This document shows positions 39,544-50,293 of a stretch of DNA of 60,617 bases, piece by piece (the stretch's first letter is position 1; every line of letters starts with the position of its first letter). A program made the position numbers and the translations under genes. The DNA is taken from positions 1-60,617 of the forward strand of contig JAGWOI010000014.1 of assembly GCA_028870995.1 (NCBI GenBank). Reading direction: 5' to 3'. The DNA comes from Candidatus Omnitrophota bacterium. Its GTDB lineage: Bacteria > Omnitrophota > Gorgyraeia > Zapsychrales > Fredricksoniimonadaceae. The notes under the pieces are model-generated. The model saw nothing but the letters and a program-made list of their open reading frames with translations. It was not told the origin of the DNA and did not search any database.

Positions 39544-40875
39544 TTAATTGTATAAATATTGGGCATCCAGATATGAAAAGGTCATTTCCGCTTCGATGAC
39601 GATATCTGTCCCCACGCGTCCGGTCCCTTTGACCTGTGCCGTGCGTTCCCTGTCCCGGACGATCTCCACTTCCATGAGCAGCTGGTCGCCTGGAGAGACA
39701 ACTTTCCGGAACTTGACATCCGAAATAGACATGAATAAAGCTACTTTACCATTATGAGCACCGCTGGTCAATACCACAATCCCTGCTGTTTGGGCCATGG
39801 CCTCGATCATGATGACGCCGGGCATCACCGGTTTCTGCGGGAAGTGCCCCTGAAAGAAACCGTCGTTGACCGTCACATTCTTGATGCCGATCCCTTTTTT
39901 TCCCGCTTCGACTTCAATGACCCTGTCGACGAACAAAAACGGATAGCGATGGGGCAGGATTTTCATGATCTCGTCGATGTTAAAGACGCGGCCGCCATGG
40001 CCGGCCGGAGCAATTTTAGGGGTCCAGGCGCCGTTGTATTTCTGGCGCTGAGCCTCTATTTTCTTGACCAGGGTGCGGTTGAGGCGGTGCCCGCTTTTAG
40101 TGGCGTATACCGCGCCTTTGACGGGATAACCCAGCAAAAACAAATCCCCGACGATATCCAATACCTTATGGCGCACGCATTCGTCCTGAAAACGCAGGGT
40201 ATTCTCCAGGGGCCCCTTGACCGACATCACCAGGGTGTTCTGATAATTGGCGCCCTGGGCCAGGCCGTGGGCCTTGATCTCGGTGACTTCAGATTCCAGA
40301 CAAAAGGTACGGGCCGGGGCCAGTTGAGTGGCAAAAGAATGAGCATCAACGGTCTGTGCAAAGAATTGGGAGCGCAGCAGCGGGTGATCGTAATCCAGCG
40401 TATAGGAAACATGCAGCTCGTCGTGCGGAACAATGACGATGGTGCCGGTTTTATTGGCCACCACGATCGGCTCTTGAACGGCAAAAATCTTTTTTTCCGC
40501 CTCGCCTTCGGCGATACCCGCCTGCTCCAGGGCCTTGAGGATTTCCAGGCTGCTGCCGTCCAAACCGGGGACCTCTTCGGCGTCGATCTCGATGGTCACG
40601 TTATCCAGACCCAGGCCGCTTAACGCCGCCATCACATGTTCGACGGTGTAAACACGGACCCCCTGGGCCTCGATGGCCGAGCAGCGGGTGATCCTTTCGT
40701 CCGTTACCGTATTGGCGGCGTTGACCTTGATCGCAGGCCTGTCCGAAAGGTCCGCACGGACGAAGGTGACCCCCTCATTGTCCCCTGCGGGTTTGATGGT
40801 CATGCGTACTTGTTTGCCGCTGTGCAAACCGACACCTGAAAGTGTCACAGGATTCTTGATCGTCTTTTGCTTCAT
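39544..40875 (-). CDS. lpxC: Bifunctional LpxC-FabZ
   Basis: GVGLHSG, TVEH, APARTF, RHKVLD, then [26 protein letters not shown]. Confidence 0.96.
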   Translation of the reverse strand: MKQKTIKNPVTLSGVGLHSGKQVRMTIKPAGDNEGVTFVRADLSDRPAIKVNAANTVTDERITRCSAIEAQGVRVYTVEHVMAALSGLGLDNVTIEIDAEEVPGLDGSSLEILKALEQAGIAEGEAEKKIFAVQEPIVVANKTGTIVIVPHDELHVSYTLDYDHPLLRSQFFAQTVDAHSFATQLAPARTFCLESEVTEIKAHGLAQGANYQNTLVMSVKGPLENTLRFQDECVRHKVLDIVGDLFLLGYPVKGAVYATKSGHRLNRTLVKKIEAQRQKYNGAWTPKIAPAGHGGRVFNIDEIMKILPHRYPFLFVDRVIEVEAGKKGIGIKNVTVNDGFFQGHFPQKPVMPGVIMIEAMAQTAGIVVLTSGAHNGKVALFMSISDVKFRKVVSPGDQLLMEVEIVRDRERTAQVKGTGRVGTDIVIEAEMTFSYLDAQYLYN

Positions 40876-41927
40876 TTTTCCAGCTTCTCTACCCTCTTTT
40901 TCAAATCTTTGATCATATCCACGTACTTGTCCAGCCGCTGCACGTGCGCCTGGGTCCTGTAAGCATCCTTAATGGGATGTGCGGGCGACCCGAAGACCTG
41001 ATCGCCGGGATTGATCGAATGGGTGACGCCGGACTGGGCCGCCACCACCGCTCCGTCGCCGATTTCGATGTGCCCCACCAGGCCGGATTGAGCGGCCAGG
41101 ATCACATGGTTGCCCAGCCGTGTGCTTCCGGCAATGCCCGACTGGGCAATGACCAGACAATGTTTGCCGATGACAACGTTGTGGGCGATCTGCACCAGGT
41201 TATCGATCTTGGTGCCTTCACCGATGATGGTTTTGTCAAAACGCGCGCGGTCAATGGTGACATTAGCACCTATTTCCACATCGTTCTCGATGTGCACGGT
41301 GCCGATCTGCGGGATCTTCATGTGCCTGCCGTCCACCGGCACATACCCGTACCCGTCGCTGCCGATCACGGTGCCGCTGTGCACGATCACCCGGTCGCCC
41401 AAAAAGACCTTTTCGCGCACCACCACCTGCGGGTAAAGAAGGCAATGCTCGCCCAAATGCGCATCATGCCCCACATAACACTGGGCATGGATCACAGATC
41501 CCTTGCCGATGACAGCACCATTCTCGATAATCGCATGGGGCCCCACCGCCGCGTCCGCGGCCAGCCTGGCCTTTGCCCCGATAACAGCAGTCGGATGGAT
41601 GCCTTGGGGCCTGTAATCAGGGGCGTCTTTTAAAAAATGCTTCACCATTTCAGTGAAGCATAAGGACGGGTTATCGACCCTGATAACGGTCTTCCCCGGG
41701 CACACCGTCTGCCGGGGAACAAGGATGACCCCTGCCTGGGTCTCTGAAAGCAAGGACTCGTATTTGGGATTAGCCAAAAACGTCAGCTCGTCTTTTTTTG
41801 CCTCTTTGATCCCGGAAAACCCGCTGACCAGCGACCCGCCGTTACCGGCCAACTCGCCCTTGACCAGGGCGGCGATCTCGGAGGCGCTGATCTCTTTAAC
41901 GGTCAAATTATTTTTTGTAACTGTCAT
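40872..41927 (-). CDS. lpxD: UDP-3-O-acylglucosamine N-acyltransferase
   Basis: [35 protein letters not shown]. Confidence 0.96.
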   Translation of the reverse strand: MTVTKNNLTVKEISASEIAALVKGELAGNGGSLVSGFSGIKEAKKDELTFLANPKYESLLSETQAGVILVPRQTVCPGKTVIRVDNPSLCFTEMVKHFLKDAPDYRPQGIHPTAVIGAKARLAADAAVGPHAIIENGAVIGKGSVIHAQCYVGHDAHLGEHCLLYPQVVVREKVFLGDRVIVHSGTVIGSDGYGYVPVDGRHMKIPQIGTVHIENDVEIGANVTIDRARFDKTIIGEGTKIDNLVQIAHNVVIGKHCLVIAQSGIAGSTRLGNHVILAAQSGLVGHIEIGDGAVVAAQSGVTHSINPGDQVFGSPAHPIKDAYRTQAHVQRLDKYVDMIKDLKKRVEKLEK

Positions 41928-42414
41928 TTAAATTCTTCATGACCTCGTCCGTGAGATCAAATTGCGGATCGCCGTAGATCATGACACGGTCATTGAGGAC
42001 ATAGGTGTACCCGTCCTTCTTGGAAATGGCGCTCACCACTCCCTGGATGTCGGTGAGGATCTCGCGCACCTTATCATCGCGGCGTTTGGTCAATTCCTGG
42101 CGTTTTTCCTTGTCGAAGGCGATGACGGCATCTTTCTGCTTGTCGATGTCCGCCTGCATGGAGGCCTTCTGCGTATCGCTCATGAGGGTGAGTTTATTTT
42201 GGGCATCCTGGATCTTTTGGATCATGCCGTCCCGCTGTTTCTGAAACGCTTCGCCTTCCTTCTGCAACTGGGCATCGAATTCCTTGGTTTTCTGATAGCT
42301 GTCAAACACCTTGGCCAGATCCACGTAGGCGATCTTCAGATCGGCGGCCAGGCTTACTCCTGCGGACATCACGCTGAATGCAACTGCAACAACCAACACC
42401 TTTACTGCTCTCAT
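41908..42414 (-). CDS. skp: Skp/OmpH chaperone
   Basis: Signal peptide, KIAYVD, coiled coil, DLTDEV; between bamA and lpxD. Confidence 0.92.
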   Translation of the reverse strand: MRAVKVLVVAVAFSVMSAGVSLAADLKIAYVDLAKVFDSYQKTKEFDAQLQKEGEAFQKQRDGMIQKIQDAQNKLTLMSDTQKASMQADIDKQKDAVIAFDKEKRQELTKRRDDKVREILTDIQGVVSAISKKDGYTYVLNDRVMIYGDPQFDLTDEVMKNLNDSYKK

Positions 42415-42433
42415 AGAAGCCTCCTTCATTACG

Positions 42434-42513
42434 AAAAACCGGGACACATTGACTTTTTAAACGACTTCATAAAAATCGGGACACTACACAAAAATCAATG
42501 TGTCCCGGTTTTT
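42434..42513. repeat. GGGACAC-family doublet: 19-bp perfect inverted repeat with an internal third partial copy
   Basis: AAAAACCGGGACACATTGA (42434-42452) / TCAATGTGTCCCGGTTTTT (42495-42513); AAAAATCGGGACAC at 42471. Confidence 0.85.
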
Positions 42514-42536
42514 ACCACTTTAAAGAGTTATTATAC

Positions 42537-45008
42537 TTAAAACCCGCGGCTGACGCTAAAATAAAATTTACCGCTTTTACTGGTCTGGCCAGGCTCGCTG
42601 TTTAAGGGGATGCCGTAATCCAGTTTGATGGGACCGATGGGCGTCTTGACCCGCAGGCCGACACCGGTGCCGGACTTGGTGCCTCCGGAACCATACTCCC
42701 TCACCTTGCTCCAAACATTACCCGTATCAAAGAACACGGCACCTTTGACGATGGAGATGATAGGCACGGTGTATTCAACGCTGCCCACCAATAAGGCATC
42801 ACCCCCAACGGCGTCATTCGTATTTGGATCAATAGGCCCGACGGAGCGCTCATCGTAACCGCGGATGGAATCCTGACCGCCGGCAAAATAACGTTCAAAG
42901 ATAGGGACATCGGGCGTATCCGGATAGGATTGGACAATGCCTGTCCTGGCGCTTATCTCCAGGACGGTGGTGACATCATGGATCGTAAAGGGGATATAGT
43001 ACGCCCCTCCGGTCTGCAGCCGCCAGAAATTCTTGTCACCACCCAGAGGGCCGCCGGCCAAGTCCGCGCTGTTAGTGATCGTCCAGCCGCGGGTCGGAGA
43101 CACCCGGCTGTCGCGGTAATCATTGGTAACGCTGACTCCCAGGGAGCTGACCAGGCTGCTGCCCTCCTGCTCAAGCAGGGCCTCGGACACGCCGGAATTC
43201 AAATTGCTGATCTCAATGTGTTCCAGGCGGTAGACGCCGGCAACGGAAAGGTTGTCATTGATGGCTTTGCCCAAACGCAGGTCACCGCCGAGGGTCTTTT
43301 GAGTATAGGCATAACCTGTCGTGTTATCGTTGAGATTTTCAGTAAGATAAGCATCGAAGCCTGCGGTCACGGGATGGTCAAAGAGCCAGGGTTCGGTGAA
43401 GCTCAACAGGAATTCGCGCTGCACGGAACCGATCTGGGCACGCAGGCGCAGGTCCTGGCCGCCGCCGGTGAACGTGGACCAATTGGAAATGTCGAAATTC
43501 TTCTGCTCCACTTCGACAAAGCCCACCAGCCTGTCAATGGTGCTGTAACCGCCGCCGAAAGAGAAGGTGCCGGTCTTGGCTTCCTTGACCTGCACGATCA
43601 GGTCCTTATAGTCATCGCGGTCGGTGTCCTCAATGTCATAACCCACATCCTCAAAATAACCCAGATCTTTAAGGCGCTGCTTGGAGACCTTGAGCTTCTC
43701 ACCATCAAAGCGGTCGCCGGGGTACATGCGCAATTCACGGCGGATGACGATATCACGGGTATGGGCATTGCCCTGGATCTTGATCTGGTTGATGTAGGTC
43801 AACATGCCTTCCTTAATATCGATCTTGATATCGACCCTGCCGGAGACCGGATTAAAGGAAGGCGATTCTTCCACCAAGGCCGTGATATAACCATGATTGA
43901 AGTAATCCTCCCGGATATTGGACAAGTCCTCTTCCATCTTCTCATGGCTGAAGACCTTGCCCGGCTTCAAATTCTTCAGGTGGCTCCTGATCTCGGCTTC
44001 GGAAAGGACGGAGTTCCCGGAAAAGGTGACATCGCCGACGTAATAACGGATCCCCTCTTGAATGGTGACATTGACGTTCACCCAACCTTTACGCAAAGGC
44101 TCCAATTGATAAGAGGCTTTGGCATCGAGGTAGCCGTTTTGCTCATAAAAAGACTGGATGGCGGTCATGTCCTGGTCCAGCTGTTCGGGCTTCAGGAGGC
44201 CTGAGTTAAAAAGCCAGGCCCACCGGGATTTCATGACCTTGATGATCTTCTTGTCGCGAAAAGCCACATTACCGTAAATATGGATCCGTTTGATCCGCAT
44301 TTTGTAACCTTCGCGGATGATAAAATGCAGGCCGGCTTTGTTGGTGGCTTCGTTGATGGAGGTCTGTGCATCGACCGTGGCCTGGGTCAGGCCTTTTTTC
44401 TTATATAAGTCCTGGATCATATTAATATCGTCCTTAAGGTCCTTATTATCCAGGAATTTATCTTTCTTGGTCTTCATCTTGTTCATTAAATAACGGGGAT
44501 TGTAATAACGTATCTTGGAAAAGCTTATTTCCTCAACGATCGGCTTTTCCTTAAGCTTGACGATCACTCTGTAGCCGCCGTCAAAATCCTCATGATCGAT
44601 CTGCACATCTGAAAAATGCCCGGTATTGTACAGGCGTTTCAAATCATCGCTGACCACGGCCTCCTGGTAGGGTTCCCCTACCCTGGTTTTAATCCTGGCC
44701 AGGACTTGGGCAATCCCGATGGATTTGTTGCCCTGGATATCGATGGCTTTGACAATTTTGGGGGCGGGGGCCTCTTCCGGCATGGCTGCAGCAGCCGCAG
44801 GCTGTTGCTCCATATTCATGCTGACATCGGCTGCCGGTTGTTGGGCATTGGTTGAAGTCGAATTGTCCTGTGCCGTTTGCTCGGCATTGAGGGCGGCATC
44901 GATCTTTTGCTGCCTGTTGCTATCTGATTGAGCGGAAACAACCTTTGCTCCTGATAGAACAAGACAAAGGCCGAAAAGGACGGTCAATAAAACTTTACAT
45001 TTGGGCAT
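42537..45008 (-). CDS. bamA: Outer membrane protein assembly factor
   Basis: Five POTRA domains, IRGY motif, TPIGPIKLDYG, C-terminal Phe. Confidence 0.97.
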   Translation of the reverse strand: MPKCKVLLTVLFGLCLVLSGAKVVSAQSDSNRQQKIDAALNAEQTAQDNSTSTNAQQPAADVSMNMEQQPAAAAAMPEEAPAPKIVKAIDIQGNKSIGIAQVLARIKTRVGEPYQEAVVSDDLKRLYNTGHFSDVQIDHEDFDGGYRVIVKLKEKPIVEEISFSKIRYYNPRYLMNKMKTKKDKFLDNKDLKDDINMIQDLYKKKGLTQATVDAQTSINEATNKAGLHFIIREGYKMRIKRIHIYGNVAFRDKKIIKVMKSRWAWLFNSGLLKPEQLDQDMTAIQSFYEQNGYLDAKASYQLEPLRKGWVNVNVTIQEGIRYYVGDVTFSGNSVLSEAEIRSHLKNLKPGKVFSHEKMEEDLSNIREDYFNHGYITALVEESPSFNPVSGRVDIKIDIKEGMLTYINQIKIQGNAHTRDIVIRRELRMYPGDRFDGEKLKVSKQRLKDLGYFEDVGYDIEDTDRDDYKDLIVQVKEAKTGTFSFGGGYSTIDRLVGFVEVEQKNFDISNWSTFTGGGQDLRLRAQIGSVQREFLLSFTEPWLFDHPVTAGFDAYLTENLNDNTTGYAYTQKTLGGDLRLGKAINDNLSVAGVYRLEHIEISNLNSGVSEALLEQEGSSLVSSLGVSVTNDYRDSRVSPTRGWTITNSADLAGGPLGGDKNFWRLQTGGAYYIPFTIHDVTTVLEISARTGIVQSYPDTPDVPIFERYFAGGQDSIRGYDERSVGPIDPNTNDAVGGDALLVGSVEYTVPIISIVKGAVFFDTGNVWSKVREYGSGGTKSGTGVGLRVKTPIGPIKLDYGIPLNSEPGQTSKSGKFYFSVSRGF

Positions 45009-45036
45009 ATAACGAAAGCTTTCTTTGAATGCGTTA

Positions 45037-45066
45037 ATTATAAGTTCGGTTTATAGGCCCTGTCAA
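45037..45066 (-). promoter_or_regulatory. sigma70 promoter for bamA-lpx operon
   Basis: TTGACA (45061-45066), N18, TATAAT (45037-45042). Confidence 0.65.
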
Positions 45067-45082
45067 TCGGCATCGCAATTAT

Positions 45083-46417
45083 TTACTGATGATGTGCCAT
45101 TTCCAGGTTAGCGAATTTGACAAATTCCTTAAAGAACTTCATCTTAACCGTACCCGTAGGGCCGTTACGCTGCTTGGCGATAATGGCTTCGGCAATGCCG
45201 CGGTTCTCTTCGGTCGGGTTATAATATTCTTCGCGCATCAAGAGCACCACCACGTCGGCGTCCTGCTCAATGGCCCCCGATTCGCGCAAATCCGAAAGCT
45301 GCGGCCGGTGGTCCTGGCGGCTTTCCACGGCACGGGACAATTGGCTGATGGCGATCAAGGGCAGTCCTAATTCGCGGGCAAGCGCTTTCAAAGACCTGGA
45401 GATCTCGGAAATCTCCTGCTGGCGGCTTTCGGTCTTGGTATGCCCCTGCATCAGCTGCAGGTAGTCCACCACCACCAGGCCTATTTTATGCGCGGCTTTC
45501 AGGCGCCGGGCCTTGGCACGCAATTCCAGCATGGAAATGGCCGGCGTATCATCGATGAACATGGGGGCGGCCGAAAGCCGGCCCGCGGCCTTGGTTAACA
45601 GGGGCCAGTCGGAAGGCGACAAAAATCCGGTCCGGACCTTATGGGCATCCACCTGGGCCTGCGAACAAAGCATACGCTGGACCAATTGCTCCTTGGACAT
45701 TTCCAGGGAAAAAATGGCCACCGGGATATTGTGTTCAAGACAGGCATGTTCGGCGATGGAAACGGCAAAAGCGCTTTTGCCCATGGAAGGACGGCCCGCC
45801 ACGATGATCAAATCAGACCTTTGCAGGCCTGAAGTCTTGCTGTCGAAATCCGTGAAGCCTGTGGGGACGCCGGTAATGGCTTTTTTATGCTGGTAGAGAA
45901 GGTCGATGTTCTCGATGGTGCCCTTGATGATGTCCTTGATATGGACAGCCTGCTGCTTTTGCTTGGCGTTGGCGATCTCAAAGATAAGCTGTTCGGCCGA
46001 ATCCACCAGTTCATCGATGTCCACATTGGTACCGTAACTTTTGGTGATAATCTCCGTGGAATTCTTGATGAGCTGGCGCTGGATGCCTTTTTCTTTGACG
46101 ATATCGATGTAGTATTGGACATTGGCCGCGGTGGGGACGAAATCGGCCAATTGCGACAGGTAGGACACCCCCCCTAAGGATTCCAGCTGGCCGGTATTTT
46201 TCAGCCAGTCGGAAAGGGTGATGATGTCCACTCTCTTGCGCTCGCTGTAAAGCTCGCGCATCGCATCGAAGATCTTCTGGTGGGCGGTCTCGTAAAAATA
46301 AACACTATCCAGGAATTCGATGGCCACACCGATGGCTTCCTCGGAGATCATCATGGCCCCCAACACCGCTTTTTCAGCGTCGATGTTTTGGGGAGGGACC
46401 CTTACCGCCTGTTCCAT
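45083..46417 (-). CDS. dnaB: Replicative DNA helicase
   Basis: PPQNIDAE, GRPSMGKS, FSLEM, DYLQL, SDLRESGAIEQDAD, KQRNGP; no intein. Confidence 0.98.
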   Translation of the reverse strand: MEQAVRVPPQNIDAEKAVLGAMMISEEAIGVAIEFLDSVYFYETAHQKIFDAMRELYSERKRVDIITLSDWLKNTGQLESLGGVSYLSQLADFVPTAANVQYYIDIVKEKGIQRQLIKNSTEIITKSYGTNVDIDELVDSAEQLIFEIANAKQKQQAVHIKDIIKGTIENIDLLYQHKKAITGVPTGFTDFDSKTSGLQRSDLIIVAGRPSMGKSAFAVSIAEHACLEHNIPVAIFSLEMSKEQLVQRMLCSQAQVDAHKVRTGFLSPSDWPLLTKAAGRLSAAPMFIDDTPAISMLELRAKARRLKAAHKIGLVVVDYLQLMQGHTKTESRQQEISEISRSLKALARELGLPLIAISQLSRAVESRQDHRPQLSDLRESGAIEQDADVVVLLMREEYYNPTEENRGIAEAIIAKQRNGPTGTVKMKFFKEFVKFANLEMAHHQ

Positions 46418-46474
46418 GTTAGGCCTTCCAAAAATTCCATTAACCTTTTCCACTGATTCGAAGTGCCGATTTCC

Positions 46475-46939
46475 TTATGCTTTTTTAGAAAGATCGGCTT
46501 TTTTTGTCACCCACAAGCGGATCTTGGCGATCACCTGGGGATGGAGCTTGACACCGACTTCAAAATCACCTAAAGCATCGACCGGTTTCTCAAGGACCAA
46601 ACTTCTTCTGTCGATCTTTTGTCCCTGAGCCTCCAGCGCTTCAAGAATATCGCTCTCGGAAACGGCCCCGTAGAGCTGTTCCTGTTCGTTGACTTCGGCG
46701 GCGATGGTGATGGAGACCTTGCCTAACGCCTCGGCTTTTTTCAAGGCTTCCTGGCGTTCGGCCTCATATTCGGCCAGGCGCTTGGCTTTTTCCTTTTCAA
46801 TACGCTGGATGTTGCCGGGGGTGGCCGGCATGCCCAATTGGCGAGGCAATAAATAATTACGGGCATAGCCGTCCTTGACCTTGACGACGTCGCCGACCTG
46901 CCCTAACTTCTCGATGTTTTTCATGAGGATGACGTTCAT
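46475..46939 (-). CDS. rplI: 50S ribosomal protein L9
   Basis: LGQVGDVVKVKDGYARNYLLP. Confidence 0.97.
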   Translation of the reverse strand: MNVILMKNIEKLGQVGDVVKVKDGYARNYLLPRQLGMPATPGNIQRIEKEKAKRLAEYEAERQEALKKAEALGKVSITIAAEVNEQEQLYGAVSESDILEALEAQGQKIDRRSLVLEKPVDALGDFEVGVKLHPQVIAKIRLWVTKKADLSKKA

Positions 46940-46940
46940 G

Positions 46941-47243
46941 TTATTTTCTCCTGGAAGAACCAACGGGTAAAAGCCCCAAGAAACGGGCGAGTTTGACGGC
47001 AACACCGATCTGGCGCTGCTGGGAAGCGTTGGCGCTGGTCAGGCGACGTGATAACAATTTCCCGCGCTCCGTCAAACACTTTTGCAAAAAGGCGATATTC
47101 TTATAATTGATCTCCGTGCCCTTGGGAATGGACATGCGGGCCGGACGCTGGCGGCGGCCCTCACCTCTGCCAAAGGCACCATCGCCGTCTTTTCTGATTG
47201 ATCTTCTGTCTGAAGGACGTTTTTTATCTGATCTTCTATCCAT
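46941..47243 (-). CDS. rpsR: 30S ribosomal protein S18 (Zn-free form, N-terminal extension)
   Basis: INYKN...LTERGKLLSRRLT...QR....AVK.AR.LGLLP. Confidence 0.93.
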   Translation of the reverse strand: MDRRSDKKRPSDRRSIRKDGDGAFGRGEGRRQRPARMSIPKGTEINYKNIAFLQKCLTERGKLLSRRLTSANASQQRQIGVAVKLARFLGLLPVGSSRRK

Positions 47244-47251
47244 AATCCTTA

Positions 47252-47680
47252 TTACTCCTCCCAAGCTATGTCTTCCGGTGATATCACCGTGTCTTGTTCA
47301 CCTGTATCTTTGGCCGCCGGCTCGCTGCCGGTTGCCCCTTCGCTCTTAACAGCACCGCCCAAAAACTGGATGCGCTCGGCCCGCACGTCGATGGTGCTGC
47401 GTTTCTGGCCGTCCCCGGTTTCCCAGGAGCGGCTCTGCAGGATGCCCTCCACAAACACCGACCGGCCCTTTTGCAAGTACTGGTTGCAGATCTCCGCCTG
47501 CTTGTCCCAGGCCGTCACCGTGATAAAGCAGGTGTCTTCCTTTAACTCACCGGTGCGGTCCTTGAACTTACGGTTGACGGCAATGCGCAAATTGGTCACG
47601 GCCGTACCGTTGGGCGTATAGCGCAATTCCGGGTCCTTGGTCAAATTGCCGATCAACAAAACTTTATTTAGACTTGCCAT
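47252..47680 (-). CDS. ssb: Single-stranded DNA-binding protein
   Basis: LNKVLLIGNLTKDPELRYTPNG; acidic tail ending DIAWEE. Confidence 0.97.
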   Translation of the reverse strand: MASLNKVLLIGNLTKDPELRYTPNGTAVTNLRIAVNRKFKDRTGELKEDTCFITVTAWDKQAEICNQYLQKGRSVFVEGILQSRSWETGDGQKRSTIDVRAERIQFLGGAVKSEGATGSEPAAKDTGEQDTVISPEDIAWEE

Positions 47681-47709
47681 ACATGCCTCCGTTCACTTTA
47701 AGAGAACCT

Positions 47710-48009
47710 TCAGGCCTTTTGGTCTTCAGTCCTGACTGTCAAAAATCGCAGTATCTGCTCGTTGAGGCGCAGAATGCCGTGCAATTTGGGTATGCTGGAA
47801 CTGTCGGCTTCGATGTTCAACAGGTAGTAGGCGCCTTCCACGATCTTTTGGATGGGAAAACTCATCTTATGGCGCTCCAGCCATAACTGGCTGTTGACAA
47901 GTTTGATGCCTGTCTTGGCCGCGGCGTCCGCCACCTGTTTGGCGATGTCGTCCTTGGTGCTTTGCGGCGCATGTGCGTCGACGATATAAACTAGTTCATA
48001 CTTGTTCAT
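47710..48009 (-). CDS. rpsF: 30S ribosomal protein S6
   Basis: KYELVYI...FPIQK...YYL...NEQILRFL; rpsF-ssb-rpsR-rplI order. Confidence 0.93.
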   Translation of the reverse strand: MNKYELVYIVDAHAPQSTKDDIAKQVADAAAKTGIKLVNSQLWLERHKMSFPIQKIVEGAYYLLNIEADSSSIPKLHGILRLNEQILRFLTVRTEDQKA

Positions 48010-48033
48010 TACTTTTTCCTCTTGGTTTCGCGT

Positions 48034-48582
48034 TCAATTGAACTGATTCATGGCAGCTGTCGCACCTTCGGTCACCCAGCATGTGACGCAGTCCAGTGCA
48101 TGGTTTATAAGATCCGGCAGCAATTTTTGCTCGCCGGGGGTGAAATTCGATAAAACGTAATCAACAGTTTCAGCCTTAGCTTCGCCAATGCCCAGGCGCA
48201 GGCGGCTGAACTGATCTGAACCCAAGGCCGTAATAATGGATTTTAACCCGTTATGCCCGCCTGCACTTCCTGACGGCCGCAGACGCATCTTGCCGAAGGG
48301 CAGGTCCAAATCATCACAAACAACCAATATTTCCGTTGCAACAATGCCTTTCTTTTGAGACAAGCTTGCCACAGAAAATCCGGAATTATTCATAAATTCC
48401 ATCGGCATCAACAAAGAGCATTCAACATCTTTAATGGCTGACTTGCCTACTATGCCGTGATCGCTACGCCATTTAACATTAAGGCGTTTTCCTAATTCTT
48501 CGAGGACCATGAAACCTAAATTGTGACGGGTCCCCTCATACTTTGGCCCTGGGTTTCCCAGACCGACGATCAATTTTGCCAT
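48034..48582 (-). CDS. pth: Peptidyl-tRNA hydrolase
   Basis: LIVGLGNPG.KY..TRHN.GF, FMNNSG, GGHNGLKSI. Confidence 0.97.
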   Translation of the reverse strand: MAKLIVGLGNPGPKYEGTRHNLGFMVLEELGKRLNVKWRSDHGIVGKSAIKDVECSLLMPMEFMNNSGFSVASLSQKKGIVATEILVVCDDLDLPFGKMRLRPSGSAGGHNGLKSIITALGSDQFSRLRLGIGEAKAETVDYVLSNFTPGEQKLLPDLINHALDCVTCWVTEGATAAMNQFN

Positions 48583-48589
48583 AGAGGCA

Positions 48590-49309
48590 TTATTTCTTGG
48601 CTTCTTCTTTCTTGGCAGCAGCTTCCGGCTTCTTGGCGCCTTCGGCCGTCTCTTCCTTCTTCTTTTCCTTCAAAACTTCAGGTTCGGCACCGGCAGCAGC
48701 GGCTTCGCCTTCAACAGCAACAGCAGCCGTCTCTTCGCGCATGGAACCGGCCACGGTGATGACCACCGCTTCAAGATCGTGCTTGGTACGCACGCCTTGC
48801 GGCAGGGCCAGATCTTTAACATGGATGGAATCATGCACCCCTAAATTGCTGACATCCGCCTCCAAATGGTGAGGAATGTTGGTCGGCAAACAGATAATGT
48901 CCAATTCCCACATCAGATGTTCCAGGGTACCGCCGTCGCGCTTGACACCCACGGCCTCGCCCTTGGGGATGATCTTGACCTTGATCTCGATCTCCTTATC
49001 AAGGGAAATACGGCTGAAATCCAGATGGATCACCTCATCCGTGACCGGATGAAGCTGGACATCCTTGATGATGGCCGGAAAATCCGACACCTTCTTGCCC
49101 TCATCGGTCAGATTAAGGTGGTAGATCAGGCTTTCGCCGGCATGTTCGCGGGAAATGCGGTCATAGACCTTGCGGTCAGCCTGGATGACGGTCGGCTTTT
49201 GGCCCGCGCCGTAAACGACCCCGGGGATCAGGTTCGATCGCCTGACCTGGCTGGCTGCGGCGGAACCGGTGTTTTTTCTGATTTGAACGTCAAAATTGAT
49301 CTGTTCCAT
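48590..49309 (-). CDS. rplY: 50S ribosomal protein L25/Ctc
   Basis: IPGVVYG, QLHPV...HLDF, GVKRDGG. Confidence 0.95.
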   Translation of the reverse strand: MEQINFDVQIRKNTGSAAASQVRRSNLIPGVVYGAGQKPTVIQADRKVYDRISREHAGESLIYHLNLTDEGKKVSDFPAIIKDVQLHPVTDEVIHLDFSRISLDKEIEIKVKIIPKGEAVGVKRDGGTLEHLMWELDIICLPTNIPHHLEADVSNLGVHDSIHVKDLALPQGVRTKHDLEAVVITVAGSMREETAAVAVEGEAAAAGAEPEVLKEKKKEETAEGAKKPEAAAKKEEAKK

Positions 49310-49322
49310 TTGATTTTCCTTT

Positions 49323-50273
49323 TTAATTTCTGATTTCTTCAAATAAACTGCTGATGGACTCCGCGTTATGGGTGCGGGCGATGGCCTCGGCCAACAGCGG
49401 CGCTATCGACAGTTGTCTTATTTTAGAGTCCTGTAAGCCGTCCTTCAAAGGAACGCTGTTGGTGACCACCACCTCCAAGAGCTCCTTGCAGTTGACGATC
49501 CTCTCCTTGGCGGGGCCGGAAAAAACCCCGTGGCTGGCCGCGGCATAAACCCCCTTGGCCCCGTGCGCTTTGAGGGCCAGCACTGCATCGGTCAGGGAAC
49601 TGGCGGTGGCGATGATGTCGTCAACGATCACCACATTCTTGTCCTTGACCTCACCTAAGATATTCATGACCTCGGTTTTCTCGGGCGACGTGCGTCTTTT
49701 ATCGACGATGGCCAACCCGGCATTCAGGCGCTTGGCATACGCCCTGGCCATCTTGATCCCGCCCACATCGGGCGGCACGATCACCAGGTCCTCGATCTTG
49801 CGGTCTTTAAAATATTCCGCGAGCACATTGATGCCGTACAAATGATCCACCGGAATATCAAAAAACCCCTGCAGCTGGCTGGCATGCAGGTCCATGGTCA
49901 GCACCCGGTTGACGCCGGCGGCCACGATCAGGTTGGCCACGAGCTTGGCCGTGATCGGCACGCGCGGCTGGTCTTTGCGGTCCTGGCGGGCATAACCGTA
50001 ATACGGGACAACCGCCGTGATCCTGTCCGCTGAAGCGCGCCGTGCCGCATCGATCAAAATCAAAAGTTCCATCAGGTTGTCGTTGACCGGCGGACAGGTC
50101 GGCTGCACGATAAAAACATCCTGGCCGCGGATATTTTCCTTGATGTGCACCCGGATCTCGCCTTCGCTGAACCGGCCGACAAAAACCTCGGTCTGGCGGA
50201 TCCCCAGCCTCTGACAAATTTCCGAGGTGAGGGCAGGATTCGCATTTCCCCCGAAGACCGCTAATTTTTTCAT
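49323..50273 (-). CDS. prs: Ribose-phosphate pyrophosphokinase
   Basis: FSEGE, PYYGYARQDRK, DLHA.Q.QGFF, VDDII. Confidence 0.98.
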   Translation of the reverse strand: MKKLAVFGGNANPALTSEICQRLGIRQTEVFVGRFSEGEIRVHIKENIRGQDVFIVQPTCPPVNDNLMELLILIDAARRASADRITAVVPYYGYARQDRKDQPRVPITAKLVANLIVAAGVNRVLTMDLHASQLQGFFDIPVDHLYGINVLAEYFKDRKIEDLVIVPPDVGGIKMARAYAKRLNAGLAIVDKRRTSPEKTEVMNILGEVKDKNVVIVDDIIATASSLTDAVLALKAHGAKGVYAAASHGVFSGPAKERIVNCKELLEVVVTNSVPLKDGLQDSKIRQLSIAPLLAEAIARTHNAESISSLFEEIRN

Positions 50274-50293
50274 ATATTCTCTCCGTTACGCCT

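Noticed and set aside
39544-40875. LpxC-FabZ fusion as a novelty
   Set aside because: Known architecture in Bacteroidota, Chlorobi and PVC lineages.
42930-44204. Long plus-strand ORFs (also 14275-15282, 15532-16494, 39754-40623, 50825-51766)
   Set aside because: Antisense shadows of well-supported GC-rich genes, with no motifs of their own.
45083-46417. Intein in DnaB
   Set aside because: Normal length and continuous helicase motifs.
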